NCBI GenBank assembly: GCA_041649715.1
Contig: JBAZMP010000003.1
Location: forward strand, 167,690 to 231,689
Origin: Patescibacteria group bacterium
GTDB taxonomy: Bacteria > Patescibacteriota > Patescibacteriia > JAXHNJ01
DNA: 64,000 nucleotides
Reading direction: 5' to 3'
The notes under the pieces are model-generated. The model saw only the letters and a program-made list of their open reading frames with translations. It was not told where the DNA came from and searched no databases. Made by a program: the position numbers and the translations under genes. This document shows, one piece after another, positions 36,296 to 45,366 of this stretch. How positions within the stretch are numbered: the stretch's first letter is position 1; each line of letters begins with the position of its first letter.

Positions 36296-36632
36296 AAGAG
36301 GCGTCATCCACGTCAAAAAAAGACAAAAGCTTTTCCGGGCCCTCAAAGGCTACCGCTGGCGCCGGAAAAACACCCTTAAGCTCGGCAAAACCGCTTTCTT
36401 GAAAGCCGGTGTCAATGCTTACCGCGACCGTAAAAGAAAAAAACGGATCTTCCGCGGCCTGTGGAACATCAAAATCAACGCCGGGGTGAGAGCCTATGGC
36501 TTGAACTACGCCACCTTCATTCATTTGCTTAAAGTGAATAAGATTGAGCTTGACCGGAAAATCCTGTCCCAGCTGGCCGAATTCGAGCCGAAAGTTTTTG
36601 AAGAACTGGTCAAAGAGATCAAACCATCATAA
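36285..36632 (+). CDS. rplT: 50S ribosomal protein L20
   Basis: MRVKRGVIHVKKRQKLFRALKGYRWRR; overlaps rpmI by 11 nt. Confidence 0.9.
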   Translation: MRVKRGVIHVKKRQKLFRALKGYRWRRKNTLKLGKTAFLKAGVNAYRDRKRKKRIFRGLWNIKINAGVRAYGLNYATFIHLLKVNKIELDRKILSQLAEFEPKVFEELVKEIKPS

Positions 36633-36644
36633 TCAACAAACTTT

Positions 36645-36679
36645 AAAAAAGTCAGGGTAAAAGAACCTTGACTTTTTTT
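36645..36679 (+). terminator. rho-independent terminator after infC-rpmI-rplT
   Basis: AGTCAGGG-loop-CCTTGACT + T7. Confidence 0.65.
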
Positions 36680-36741
36680 ATTATAATGATAATATAATGT
36701 CAGTCAATAAAAATTACAGAAGCCCTTAGCCTAGGAGGTTA

Positions 36742-37005
36742 ATGGTGAAACGTTTCTTACTAAAACAGATAATACGTAAGATTCTCAGAATTAAACCATC
36801 ATTTGCGGTAGCCCCTTCCACTTCGCGGCCTACTCCAGCAAGAGGCCAATACTATTACTTCGCTAATCCAGCCGACGAAATCCTAACCTGCTGGCCGGTT
36901 TTTCTCGAAGAGTCTCTAATAGAAAAGAAAAAAACAAATACATCGCCACGCCGCGGATGGAAAAATTTTTTCCGAAAGATAGCTAGAGCCATCCTGCGCC
37001 GATAG
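36742..37005 (+). CDS. small basic hypothetical protein (87 aa), paralog A (CWP motif family)
   Basis: CCTAGGAGG SD; shares ADEILTCWP and FFRKIARAILRR motifs with paralog B. Confidence 0.5.
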   Translation: MVKRFLLKQIIRKILRIKPSFAVAPSTSRPTPARGQYYYFANPADEILTCWPVFLEESLIEKKKTNTSPRRGWKNFFRKIARAILRR

Positions 37006-37038
37006 AAAAAACCAAGATCCCCGTCAAAGGAGGCCAAA

Positions 37039-37284
37039 ATGAGCAGTCCCTTAACAAGAGAAAACCTAACAGAAAGGCTGAAAAGAACTCCACTCTTTGT
37101 GGTAACTAATACCCCGCGGCATCCGTTGCACGGCAACCACAAGCATGCTTTCGATGATCCGGCGCAAGAAATCATTCAATGTTGGCCGGAAATCCCGAGA
37201 CACCGCCGAAAATCAGACCTGCCCATTCTTTTCTGGAAGAGATTTTTCCAAAAGATCGGTCGCGCCATTTTACGCCACCAATAA
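37039..37284 (+). CDS. small basic hypothetical protein (81 aa), paralog B (CWP motif family)
   Basis: AAAGGAGG SD; AQEIIQCWP and FFQKIGRAILRH motifs. Confidence 0.5.
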   Translation: MSSPLTRENLTERLKRTPLFVVTNTPRHPLHGNHKHAFDDPAQEIIQCWPEIPRHRRKSDLPILFWKRFFQKIGRAILRHQ

Positions 37285-37298
37285 TCCGCCCCTTGATA

Positions 37299-37330
37299 AA
37301 ACCAGACTGATTTAGTCAGCTGGTTTTTTT
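37299..37330 (+). terminator. rho-independent terminator after paralog B (overlaps 3' end of DUF559 pseudogene)
   Basis: AACCAG-ACTGAtttaGTCAG-CTGGTT + T7. Confidence 0.6.
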
Positions 37331-37680
37331 ATTATCTCATTAATTCCATCAATTACCCCCTCCGTGTTTTTGTAAATATCAAGATTTGTCACTCTTAAAA
37401 ATCAGGTGCCAAATGACTTAATATATTCCTCTCGCCTCTTGTCATATTCAATCGTATCCTTAGTAAAATGGCTGAGGCCGTCAACTTCAATGGCCAATTT
37501 CAATTTAGGACAGTAGAAATCAATGACAAAATAACCGACGCTATACTGCCTTCTAAATTTATAACCGAGTACTTGCCTATTTTTAAGTCGCACCCACAAA
37601 AATACCTCGGCCTCTGTCATATTATGCCGCAGCGTTCTTCTATTAATGTTCATCGAGGGATAATTACGAACTCGTTTCAT
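37312..37680 (-). pseudogene. DUF559 (Vsr-like PD-(D/E)xK endonuclease domain) gene interrupted by in-frame TGA at a conserved Trp position
   Basis: ORF 37402..37680 ends ...EYIKSFGT-TGA; in-frame continuation FLRVTNLDIYKNTEGVIDGINEII matches DUF559 C-terminus (G-W-x-VLRF...); TGG to TGA nonsense change inferred. Confidence 0.55.
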
Positions 37681-37721
37681 ATTTTTCTATCCTCCCCTGT
37701 AAAAACAATGCTGCGTACTTT

Positions 37722-37768
37722 ATACGCTGCGTCATTCTTCCCCTCCTTTTTTTATAAAAAAAGGAGGG
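37722..37768. repeat. perfect palindromic hairpin CCCCTCCTTTTTTTATAAAAAAAGGAGGGG plus adjacent GAACCAAGGGGAGGTTC hairpin
   Basis: Self-complementary 30-mer between VanZ stop and DUF559 start; contains AAGGAGG. Confidence 0.5.
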
Positions 37769-37815
37769 GAACCAAGGGGAGGTTCCTCGCCACCTCTAAC
37801 AATGTATCACATTAA

Positions 37816-38196
37816 CTAGGAAAATAAAGGCTTCCTCACCACCAAATAAATCCCGCTGCCGCCGACAATCCCCAGGCTGTCGATCAACACGTCTCTTAAA
37901 GCCATCTGGCGGCCACCCACAAAACTCTGGTGATATTCATCGCTGGCCGCGTATAAAATACAAAATAACAGAACAATAATATAAACGTATTTTATTTTCC
38001 CTTGATTCTCCCCTTTTAACCCGATCCGCAAGGCCAAAATTGCCAAGATGCCAAACTCTATCATATGTGCCGCCTTTCTCAAAATAAAATCCCAGACATC
38101 GGGGAAACCACTTTTTAAATTTGGCAACGAGGATAAATAAAAAATCAAACCCGCCCAAAGGATAAACGGCAGGTAATACTTAAGAAAAATTTTCAT
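37816..38196 (-). CDS. VanZ-family membrane protein
   Basis: RKAAHMIEFGILAIL...ASDEYHQSFVGGRQMALRDVLIDSLG signature of VanZ-like. Confidence 0.6.
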   Translation of the reverse strand: MKIFLKYYLPFILWAGLIFYLSSLPNLKSGFPDVWDFILRKAAHMIEFGILAILALRIGLKGENQGKIKYVYIIVLLFCILYAASDEYHQSFVGGRQMALRDVLIDSLGIVGGSGIYLVVRKPLFS

Positions 38197-38978
38197 TAAT
38201 ATTTTCCAATAAATGGCTTAAGAAATCTGACTAATTCTTGATGCACTTTCGGCTTGGCACAGATATAGCCCTTCAGCTTGCCGCCTGGATACCAGGGCTG
38301 ACCGTCCATTTGACTGGCAACTAAACCGGCTTCACGGCAGATAATATCGGGGGCGGCCACATCCCAGGGCGTATTATGGGAAAACATAAAGCCGTCCATC
38401 CGGCCCAAAGCGGCATAACAGGCGGTAATGGAGATACAGGCGCGTTCGGTAAGGCACCAGATCTTTTTTTCCAGAGCCGTCTTCATTTTTATAAGGGGAT
38501 ATTTTGAGTTTTTCCAAACATCGAGATGAATCATCGTCTCGGAAAATTTTTCTCTCGCCCTGGAGATAAACTTTTGGCCGTTTAAAAAAGCGCCCTTGTC
38601 TTTTTCCGCGAAAAATAATTCCTGATGGACCGGATCAAAAACCCCTCCCATCATCATTTCTTTCCCCCGAGCTAATCCCAAAGACACGCCAAAATACGGG
38701 ATACCTTGGGCATAATTGATGGTGCCGTCGATCGGGTCAATGAACCAGGTATATTCATGCTGATTCTTAATATCGGGTAACTCTTCAGAAATAATGTTAT
38801 GATCGCCGAAATTCTTTTTAATCTCAGCCACTATGAATTTGTTTATCTTAATATCGGTCGCCGTGACAATCGATCTCCCCTTTTTCCAGCCGATCTTCTG
38901 CTCCAGTCGGAAATTAACCAAGGCCATGGCGCCGGCCTTCTTTATTACTTGTTGAACAAATCTTTTATAATCTTCCAT
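38196..38978 (-). CDS. inositol monophosphatase-family phosphatase (SuhB/IMPase-like)
   Basis: WFIDPIDGTINYAQGIPYFGVSLGL (DPIDGT motif), WDVAAP C-terminal motif; start at MEDYK (track start is TTG). Confidence 0.75.
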   Translation of the reverse strand: MEDYKRFVQQVIKKAGAMALVNFRLEQKIGWKKGRSIVTATDIKINKFIVAEIKKNFGDHNIISEELPDIKNQHEYTWFIDPIDGTINYAQGIPYFGVSLGLARGKEMMMGGVFDPVHQELFFAEKDKGAFLNGQKFISRAREKFSETMIHLDVWKNSKYPLIKMKTALEKKIWCLTERACISITACYAALGRMDGFMFSHNTPWDVAAPDIICREAGLVASQMDGQPWYPGGKLKGYICAKPKVHQELVRFLKPFIGKY

Positions 38979-39025
38979 GGCTATAGTATAACAAAATAAC
39001 CTCAATTTGGTTAGAGGCTAAATGT

Positions 39026-39103
39026 TGGCGGACCCGACGAGATTCGAACTCGTGATCTCCTCCGTGACAGGGAGGCGTGTTAGGCCAGCTACACCACGGG
39101 TCC
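39026..39103 (-). tRNA. tRNA-Asp (anticodon GUC), CCA encoded
   Basis: Reverse complement GGACCCG-TG-GTGT-AGCTGGCCTA-ACAC-G-CCTCC-CTGTCAC-GGAGG-AGATC-ACGAG-TTCGAAT-CTCGT-CGGGTCC-G-CCA folds into canonical cloverleaf. Confidence 0.85.
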
Positions 39104-39157
39104 AAAGTATGTCTAATACTAACAAAACCAGTTAGTTTTGTCTACCCCTTCCCTTTC

Positions 39158-42100
39158 CTATTCAACGACATTGCCCAAATAATCAAAGGTGACCACTTCC
39201 GGCGCTCCGCTCATCTGGGAGGTGGTTATTTCATCTAGACCGTCGTTATTGACATCACCTGAAGAAACATAAATTCCGCGACGGGAAGAGGTTGAAGCGG
39301 CAAAAAACTGACTGACCAAAATACCATTGTTATTAAACATTCTGACGTGAGGCGCCTTACCTTGGCTCGTCCCGGTAATGATTTCTGTCCGGCCGTCCCC
39401 GTTGACGTCGCCGGCGGCCAGGTTCACGCCGCCGCGATATGTATAGGCGTAGGCAAAAAACTGAGAGAGAACTTTTCCCGAGGCGTTAAAAACCCTGACA
39501 TGCGGTCCGCCGTTGTAAATCGGGGCGGTAATTATCTCCGCGACTCCGTCGCCGTTTACATCTCCCGCGGCGACATTGATGCCGATGCGAAAATAAGTGG
39601 GATAGGCAAAAAACTGACCGAGCAGATGGCCTTGAAAATCAAATATTCTTACATGCGGGGCTGATGGTCCGTCCGTGCCGGTGATAATATCCGCGAGGCC
39701 GTCGCCAGTTACGTCGCCGACCGCGACCTTCATCCCCCTTCTAAACAACAAGTCGTAGGCAAAAAACTGAGCCTTAAGGTTTCCCTGCCAGTCAAACACT
39801 CTGACGTGCGGCCCTCCGCCGGGACCAGCTACCGTCACAATATCCGCTATCCCGTCGCCGTCGACATCGCCAATCGCCACATTAAAACCCTGGCGGAAAG
39901 TAGGCGCGTAGGCGAAAAATTGGCTTAAAACGTTTCCGCGACTATCAAATATTCTCACCTGCGGTCCGCCACCTTCCCCGGCCGCGGTGATTATCTCAAT
40001 TTGTCCGTCGTTATTTACATCACCGGTCGCTGACCTTACTCCTCCCGTAAAAGTACTGACATAAGCAAAAAAGCCTTCGCTGGTTTCCAGAGTATTAAAA
40101 ACAGCCGGAACAGAGCCTGAGGCATCGCTTACAGCGAAGCCGACTGACAGAACATCGGATTGACCGTCGCTATTGGTCACTTTCACATCGTAATAGCCAG
40201 GACTCATCTTCCCTAAAGGAATAACTACCGTCATGGCCGTCGAACTTTTAACATAGGTGGTCGTAGAAAAATCCCCGAATTGTGTTTGCGCGCCGTGGCG
40301 GAAATTCTGACCCAAGACATCCAAGTAAGCCTGGTAAGTGGTATCGGTGCGAATTTTTATGGTGTTCGGCGTGACGCCGGTCACGACCGGAGCAAGATCG
40401 GTATAGGGCGCTTGGCCGCTAACATCAATTTTTCTAATCATATCGTTCCAGCTATCGCAGAGGTAAAGATATTTATTAGTGCTATCCACGACCAAACCCA
40501 TCAGGTTGTTGAATTCCGCCGCCGTCCGGCTACCGTTCTTGAAACCCCGGCTGCCTGAACCAGCCACTAATTTTACCACCCCGCCGGATAGTTCAATCAC
40601 TCGGACGCGGTGCGAACCGGAATCGCTGACAAATAACTGATTAGCGTAATAATGAACATAAGTGGGATAGGAAAAAACCGCTTTGCTCGTCAAACCGTCA
40701 AGATAACCGTTGCGTCCGTCGCCGGCCAAAGTAACCGTGTCGCCGTCAGAAACCCTCACCCGCCTGATCCGATGATTGTCACGGTCAGCGACATATAGAT
40801 ACTGCCCGGAAGAATCAATATCAAGGCCGTAGGGAGCATTGAATTTCGCCGCCTTTCCTGCTCCGTCGGCAAAGCCGGCTTCACCCGAACCGGCGACGAG
40901 GGTCGTCTGACCGTCAGAGATCCTCACTTTTCTAATCCGGTTATTGCCGGTATCCGTCACGTATAAATACTGGTCATCGGGCGAAATTGTTAAGGTAGCC
41001 GGAACATCAAATCTGGCGGCCGCCCCCGCCCCTTCCGCGTAGCCGTTGCCCGTCCCGGTCACGTTATAATTGCCGCCCCCGGCCACCAAAAAAGAGCTTT
41101 GTTTGGCGATATTGATGCCGCGGATCCGATTGTTCCACCGGTCAACGATATACAGGGTGTCGCCCGAAGAATTAATTGTGATCCCGGAAATATTAGAAAA
41201 TCTCGCTTGGCTGCCGGTCTTTTGGCAAAAATCGTAACTGTCGATGCTGTTACCGATTACAAAGCTTACTTTACCGGTGACCCGGTTGATCTTTCTTATC
41301 TTGTTATTTTCCGCCAGGTAGAAATATTTTTTATCCGGCGATAAGACCAGGTCATACGGCCGGCCGATGACGGCAGCGCCTAAGCTTCCATCGGTATTGC
41401 CAAAACGGTCTTTGCCGGCCACCAAATTATTATCGGCGGCGTTATTTTTATTAAAACGGTGAATGGTGCCGTTACCGCCCAAGTAAAGATAATTGCCATA
41501 CACCCTGATACCGGAATAAGTGTAAACCGTGGTCATAGAAGTGTCACTGACAAATAAAGAAGTAGCTTTAGTGGCTAAATTAATTCGCCTGATCATCGAG
41601 ATGCGATCGGCATCTTCGTCAGTCACATAAAGCGAATTAGTGGCTGCATCATAACCTATACCATAGACCAGGCGGAATTGGGCGGCGGCACCCACTCCCT
41701 CCTTATATCCCTTACTGCCCGAGCCAGCGATTAAAGTAACCGCCCCCGTGCTGGTATTTACGCTGACCACACGGTAATGACCCTGATCAGCCACATAAAG
41801 AGTTGAGCCGTCTCCGGAAATATCCATTTTTCTCGGCGAAGAGATAGCGGTGGTTAGAGTGGTCACCGCGCCGGTTGAACGGCTGATTTTTTTGATGGCA
41901 TTATTGTTGGTGTCGGCCACGTACAGATAGTTCCCAAAAGTCACGATACCTTCGGGCCTGGCCAAACCGGAAGAAACATAAGTGCTAACGCTGCCGTAGA
42001 TATCAATTTTCCTGACCTGATCATTGTAGGTGTCGGAAATAAAAACATTGCCCGACGAATCAACGGCGATACCTTTGGGCAAAGCGAATTCGGCGGCATC

Positions 42101-42406
42101 GGCCGCCCCATTAATCAAACCGTATGAACCGGTACCGGCATAAGTCGTGATAATACCGCCGGTATCGATTTTTCTGACGACGTTATTATAAGTGTCGGCG
42201 ACATAAAGATTGCCCGAGCCGTCAAACGCCAAATCCTCCGGAAAATCGACATAAGCGGCCGTCGCCGCCCCGCCGTCACCTGCATAAACCCGGCCAAGAT
42301 AAGTAGTAGTATCACCGTAAGCGGCGAGGGCAGGCCCGATAAACGCAAAAAAAGTGCCAAAAAAAATGATTGGAACTAGATAAATAAAATAGCATTTTTT
42401 TCTCAT
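39158..42406 (-). CDS. large secreted/surface protein with NHL-type and FG-GAP/VCBS-type beta-propeller repeats
   Basis: Signal peptide; >10 repeats of YVADT(Y/N)NN(x)(R/K)KI (NHL-like); central IPT-like region; six C-terminal GDVNGDG...GGGPHVRVF FG-GAP repeats. Confidence 0.6.
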   Translation of the reverse strand: MRKKCYFIYLVPIIFFGTFFAFIGPALAAYGDTTTYLGRVYAGDGGAATAAYVDFPEDLAFDGSGNLYVADTYNNVVRKIDTGGIITTYAGTGSYGLINGAADAAEFALPKGIAVDSSGNVFISDTYNDQVRKIDIYGSVSTYVSSGLARPEGIVTFGNYLYVADTNNNAIKKISRSTGAVTTLTTAISSPRKMDISGDGSTLYVADQGHYRVVSVNTSTGAVTLIAGSGSKGYKEGVGAAAQFRLVYGIGYDAATNSLYVTDEDADRISMIRRINLATKATSLFVSDTSMTTVYTYSGIRVYGNYLYLGGNGTIHRFNKNNAADNNLVAGKDRFGNTDGSLGAAVIGRPYDLVLSPDKKYFYLAENNKIRKINRVTGKVSFVIGNSIDSYDFCQKTGSQARFSNISGITINSSGDTLYIVDRWNNRIRGINIAKQSSFLVAGGGNYNVTGTGNGYAEGAGAAARFDVPATLTISPDDQYLYVTDTGNNRIRKVRISDGQTTLVAGSGEAGFADGAGKAAKFNAPYGLDIDSSGQYLYVADRDNHRIRRVRVSDGDTVTLAGDGRNGYLDGLTSKAVFSYPTYVHYYANQLFVSDSGSHRVRVIELSGGVVKLVAGSGSRGFKNGSRTAAEFNNLMGLVVDSTNKYLYLCDSWNDMIRKIDVSGQAPYTDLAPVVTGVTPNTIKIRTDTTYQAYLDVLGQNFRHGAQTQFGDFSTTTYVKSSTAMTVVIPLGKMSPGYYDVKVTNSDGQSDVLSVGFAVSDASGSVPAVFNTLETSEGFFAYVSTFTGGVRSATGDVNNDGQIEIITAAGEGGGPQVRIFDSRGNVLSQFFAYAPTFRQGFNVAIGDVDGDGIADIVTVAGPGGGPHVRVFDWQGNLKAQFFAYDLLFRRGMKVAVGDVTGDGLADIITGTDGPSAPHVRIFDFQGHLLGQFFAYPTYFRIGINVAAGDVNGDGVAEIITAPIYNGGPHVRVFNASGKVLSQFFAYAYTYRGGVNLAAGDVNGDGRTEIITGTSQGKAPHVRMFNNNGILVSQFFAASTSSRRGIYVSSGDVNNDGLDEITTSQMSGAPEVVTFDYLGNVVE

Positions 42407-42457
42407 AAATTTTTCTACCTTTCACTACTATTTTAATATGAAATTTTAAATAAATCA

Positions 42458-42500
42458 AGATAAAAAAAGAGGGCGGTTCTCAAAGCCTTGAGAACCGCCC
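42458..42500 (-). terminator. rho-independent terminator (13-bp stem GGGCGGTTCTCAA / TTGAGAACCGCCC + T-run on minus)
   Basis: Perfect long stem immediately downstream of stop of 42516..43601. Confidence 0.75.
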
Positions 42501-42515
42501 GCAAAGAACAAACCG

Positions 42516-43601
42516 CTAGAGCCGGTAAACCAACAGCCGCACGTGCGGCTCGGCCAACTCTCTGGTCGCCCAGAATTTCACCGCGTGGCCGATGCCCTGG
42601 CTGACGGGCAGATTTAAAGCGGCGACCAGCTCGCCCGATCTTAAGGCCCGGATGATCAGGTACGGCCGGCCGGGTCTGAAAGCCGTCTGCCAGGCAAAAA
42701 TCTGGCCGGTCTTATGCCTGATTGAAATGATCGGACAGGCGTAGGGAGCCGTTTGGACAAGTAGCTTCCGGCCGATCGAAATTGATTCCGGCAGGACAAA
42801 CGGTCCGGCGGGAAAATACATCTTATTGCTCGATGGCCGACCGAGTTGCCGCAAGTAGCGCGCCAGGTTCGGTGTCTCCACGGAACCTTCGAGCACCACC
42901 GCATAGATCTCTCCAGTCTTTATGGTGACAAATGACTGAAGCTGACCATTCTTGCGGTTAGTAACGTAATTGTTCAACTGGGGCAGTCGGTCGGGCAAAT
43001 TGAGGCTGTCCGGCACCCCGAAAAAACGATATTCTTCGGGTTCCACCACGGCAAAACCCAGAGGCATCTTGTCCGAACCGGTTATGCCCAGGTAGGGTGC
43101 CTTTACCAAGATGACGGCAAGAAGCACTAAGCCAATGACGGCGTATATGCGGCTTTCCCAATTCGTCTTCTTTCGCCAGATCTTGTCGATTAAGCTGACA
43201 ACGACCAGCCAAAACAGATAAGTGAAGAGAAGCTTGACGATGAGAATCGTATTCCCCGGCCAGCCGAGGTCAGCATAATTACGGAAGTAATCCGTGAAAC
43301 CGCCGGCCTTGACGATCGTGTAGGACAGGGCCAGCAAAAGCGGCAGCCAAAGGAGAAGCGTAACGGTTAACCATCTGGGTCTGACTGCCTGTTCACCAGG
43401 TTTTTTCTCCCCGAGCTTTCCCAACTTCTTTTTTAGCCATTGCTTGATCCTCTGCCAAAGGCTAACTTTATCTTTTTTCTTCCCGTTGATCTTCGCTCTT
43501 GGCTTAGGCGATCTATGCGCCTTGACGTATTGCCAAATCACCCAGGAGCCAAAGAGGACGATTCCGAGAATGAAAAAAATATAGGACAGAGTAATACCCA
43601 T
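42516..43601 (-). CDS. hypothetical membrane protein (361 aa) downstream of SPFH gene; possible partner protein
   Basis: N-terminal TM, Lys-rich linker, 3-4 TM helices, beta-rich C-terminal domain; GC-rich like SPFH gene. Confidence 0.5.
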   Translation of the reverse strand: MGITLSYIFFILGIVLFGSWVIWQYVKAHRSPKPRAKINGKKKDKVSLWQRIKQWLKKKLGKLGEKKPGEQAVRPRWLTVTLLLWLPLLLALSYTIVKAGGFTDYFRNYADLGWPGNTILIVKLLFTYLFWLVVVSLIDKIWRKKTNWESRIYAVIGLVLLAVILVKAPYLGITGSDKMPLGFAVVEPEEYRFFGVPDSLNLPDRLPQLNNYVTNRKNGQLQSFVTIKTGEIYAVVLEGSVETPNLARYLRQLGRPSSNKMYFPAGPFVLPESISIGRKLLVQTAPYACPIISIRHKTGQIFAWQTAFRPGRPYLIIRALRSGELVAALNLPVSQGIGHAVKFWATRELAEPHVRLLVYRL

Positions 43602-43669
43602 CCTCTTTTACCCCCTTTCTTTGAGAGTAAGTTGGAGGGCAAAACAGGCTTGCCCCCTTTGTTATTTCC

Positions 43670-45136
43670 TCACTTGGCTGAGGGTGATTCCGGCTTCGGT
43701 TTCACTTTGCCGGCTTTGATCCCCGCCATCATTTCTTCAACACGTTTCCACTGCTCGGGATCACTCTTGATGCCCGCGAGCATCTTCTCCAGCTGCTGGA
43801 GATCGGTACCGGTTGTCGTCTTTCCGCCGTCAAGTACCGTCTTGATACCCCTGACGGCCGCGGCTAGCTCCGCCGTTCCAGCCGTGCTGGAAAACACGGA
43901 ATAATCAGAGCTTGCCAGAGTGACTTGAAGAGTATCTAGAACGAGAAGAATCTTCTTCTCTTCCTCTTCCAAGCCAAGCTTCTTGGCCAGCTCATCATAA
44001 CCTTCCGCTCGCAACGTCCGGTCGAACTTTTCCTTGGACGCCAATCCCAGGGCGCTCTTTTCCTTTTGGATCTGATCGAGCTCGGCCAGCGTTGTCCCTT
44101 TCTCTTTGGTAATAAAGGCTTTCGCCCGATCGTTCATCTCGGTGATGATTCCTTCGGGAGGGATGACTTGCTGGATTTTGCTGGCATGCTCGATAGTCAC
44201 CAAACCCCACTGCTGCATGATGGCGTTGATCTCCTTAAAGAACCCATCGCTCATGCGTGTTAATCCCGCTGGTCCAATCAGATCGGCCAATTTTTCTTTT
44301 GCCGATAAATTCAGGACCACAGTCTTGGCCAGGGCCAGCGCCGAAGGATAAAGTTCCTTGACCGCATAAACAGCCTTGAGATGATCTTCCCAGGGTATCT
44401 GGAAATAGAGCACCCAATCGACCTTTGCCCCGACCACTCCGTCTTTGGTATTGACGGGTTGGAGCTCGGGATCGATTATCTGGACTTTCAAACTGATAAG
44501 CCAGGGAAATTTAGGGTAGTACTGAATGTTGTTGTCCTTGCCAACCGGATATTCATCTGGCTCGGCCATCCGCACTCTTTCATAGGGATAAAACGTGCAG
44601 GTGATACGTTTCCAGAATTCCGGATAGTATCGCGCGGAAAAACTGTAGCCGCCGAAAGCTTCGAACACCGCCACGTTGTTCACGGGGATGTAGAAAATCA
44701 CCCGGTGACTCCAGTAAAGTCCGCCGGCTAATCCAAGGTAGGCAAACACGTATATCCAGGGCTTGCCTTTCTTCTGGAAATCCGGATACCAGTCCATCGG
44801 TGCCTTGGTTTCTTCCGCCGTGACCGACGTCTGCACCAGGGTCGAATCCGACTGGCTTTTTTTCAGCGCCCGCTGATAAGACAAGTCAAAGGGCTTGAAC
44901 AACAACGACGTGCCAAGCCAGGCCATGATCGGGATCAGGATGATAAAAACCCAGATCATCCTGGCAATCCTTTCCCAATCGTCCAGCTCGTTGATCTTCG
45001 GAACTTTAACGGTTTTTGAGCCCGTTCCCGCTGAAGCGCCACCGTCCTCGTTTTCCTCTCTTGGCTTGCTGATGATAAGGATAAAGACTGGGCTGACAAA
45101 CAACAGCGCAATGAAGATCCACTTCAGACCGAACAT
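43670..45136 (-). CDS. SPFH/band-7 (stomatin/prohibitin/flotillin-like) membrane protein
   Basis: TM anchor then SPFH core (ISLKVQIIDPELQPVNTKDGVVGAKVDWVLYFQI, AVKELYPSALALAKTVVLNLS), long C-terminal coiled coil. Confidence 0.7.
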   Translation of the reverse strand: MFGLKWIFIALLFVSPVFILIISKPREENEDGGASAGTGSKTVKVPKINELDDWERIARMIWVFIILIPIMAWLGTSLLFKPFDLSYQRALKKSQSDSTLVQTSVTAEETKAPMDWYPDFQKKGKPWIYVFAYLGLAGGLYWSHRVIFYIPVNNVAVFEAFGGYSFSARYYPEFWKRITCTFYPYERVRMAEPDEYPVGKDNNIQYYPKFPWLISLKVQIIDPELQPVNTKDGVVGAKVDWVLYFQIPWEDHLKAVYAVKELYPSALALAKTVVLNLSAKEKLADLIGPAGLTRMSDGFFKEINAIMQQWGLVTIEHASKIQQVIPPEGIITEMNDRAKAFITKEKGTTLAELDQIQKEKSALGLASKEKFDRTLRAEGYDELAKKLGLEEEEKKILLVLDTLQVTLASSDYSVFSSTAGTAELAAAVRGIKTVLDGGKTTTGTDLQQLEKMLAGIKSDPEQWKRVEEMMAGIKAGKVKPKPESPSAK

Positions 45137-45329
45137 CGCAATCACCTCTTTCTTTCCTGATTAGTAACTTTAACACCTGTGTTAACCTAAATTTAGCCAT
45201 CACGTTATACTCACTCTTCAAGAACTAAATCTTTTAGAGGAGTAATTTTCCCCGCTAACACAGCGGGTATACCCCCCTCTTTTTCAAGGTTCTCGTTTTT
45301 AGCACAACTTAAATCATCAGTAACATCAT

Positions 45330-45358
45330 ATGCTAGCACAAAATCACGAATTTGTCAA
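45330..45358 (-). promoter_or_regulatory. sigma70-like promoter candidate on minus strand (TTGACA -N17- TAGCAT) upstream of SPFH gene
   Basis: Reverse complement of 45330-45358 reads TTGACAaattcgtgattttgtgcTAGCAT. Confidence 0.4.
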
Positions 45359-45366
45359 GAGTAAAA

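Noticed and set aside
37402-37404. UGA recoding (genetic code 4 or 25) to explain the in-frame TGA in the DUF559 gene
   Set aside because: prfB retains the UGA-dependent autoregulatory frameshift site. rsmI and other genes terminate at TGA with normal lengths. Standard-code ORFs across the window are full length. A nonsense mutation (pseudogene) is the simpler explanation.
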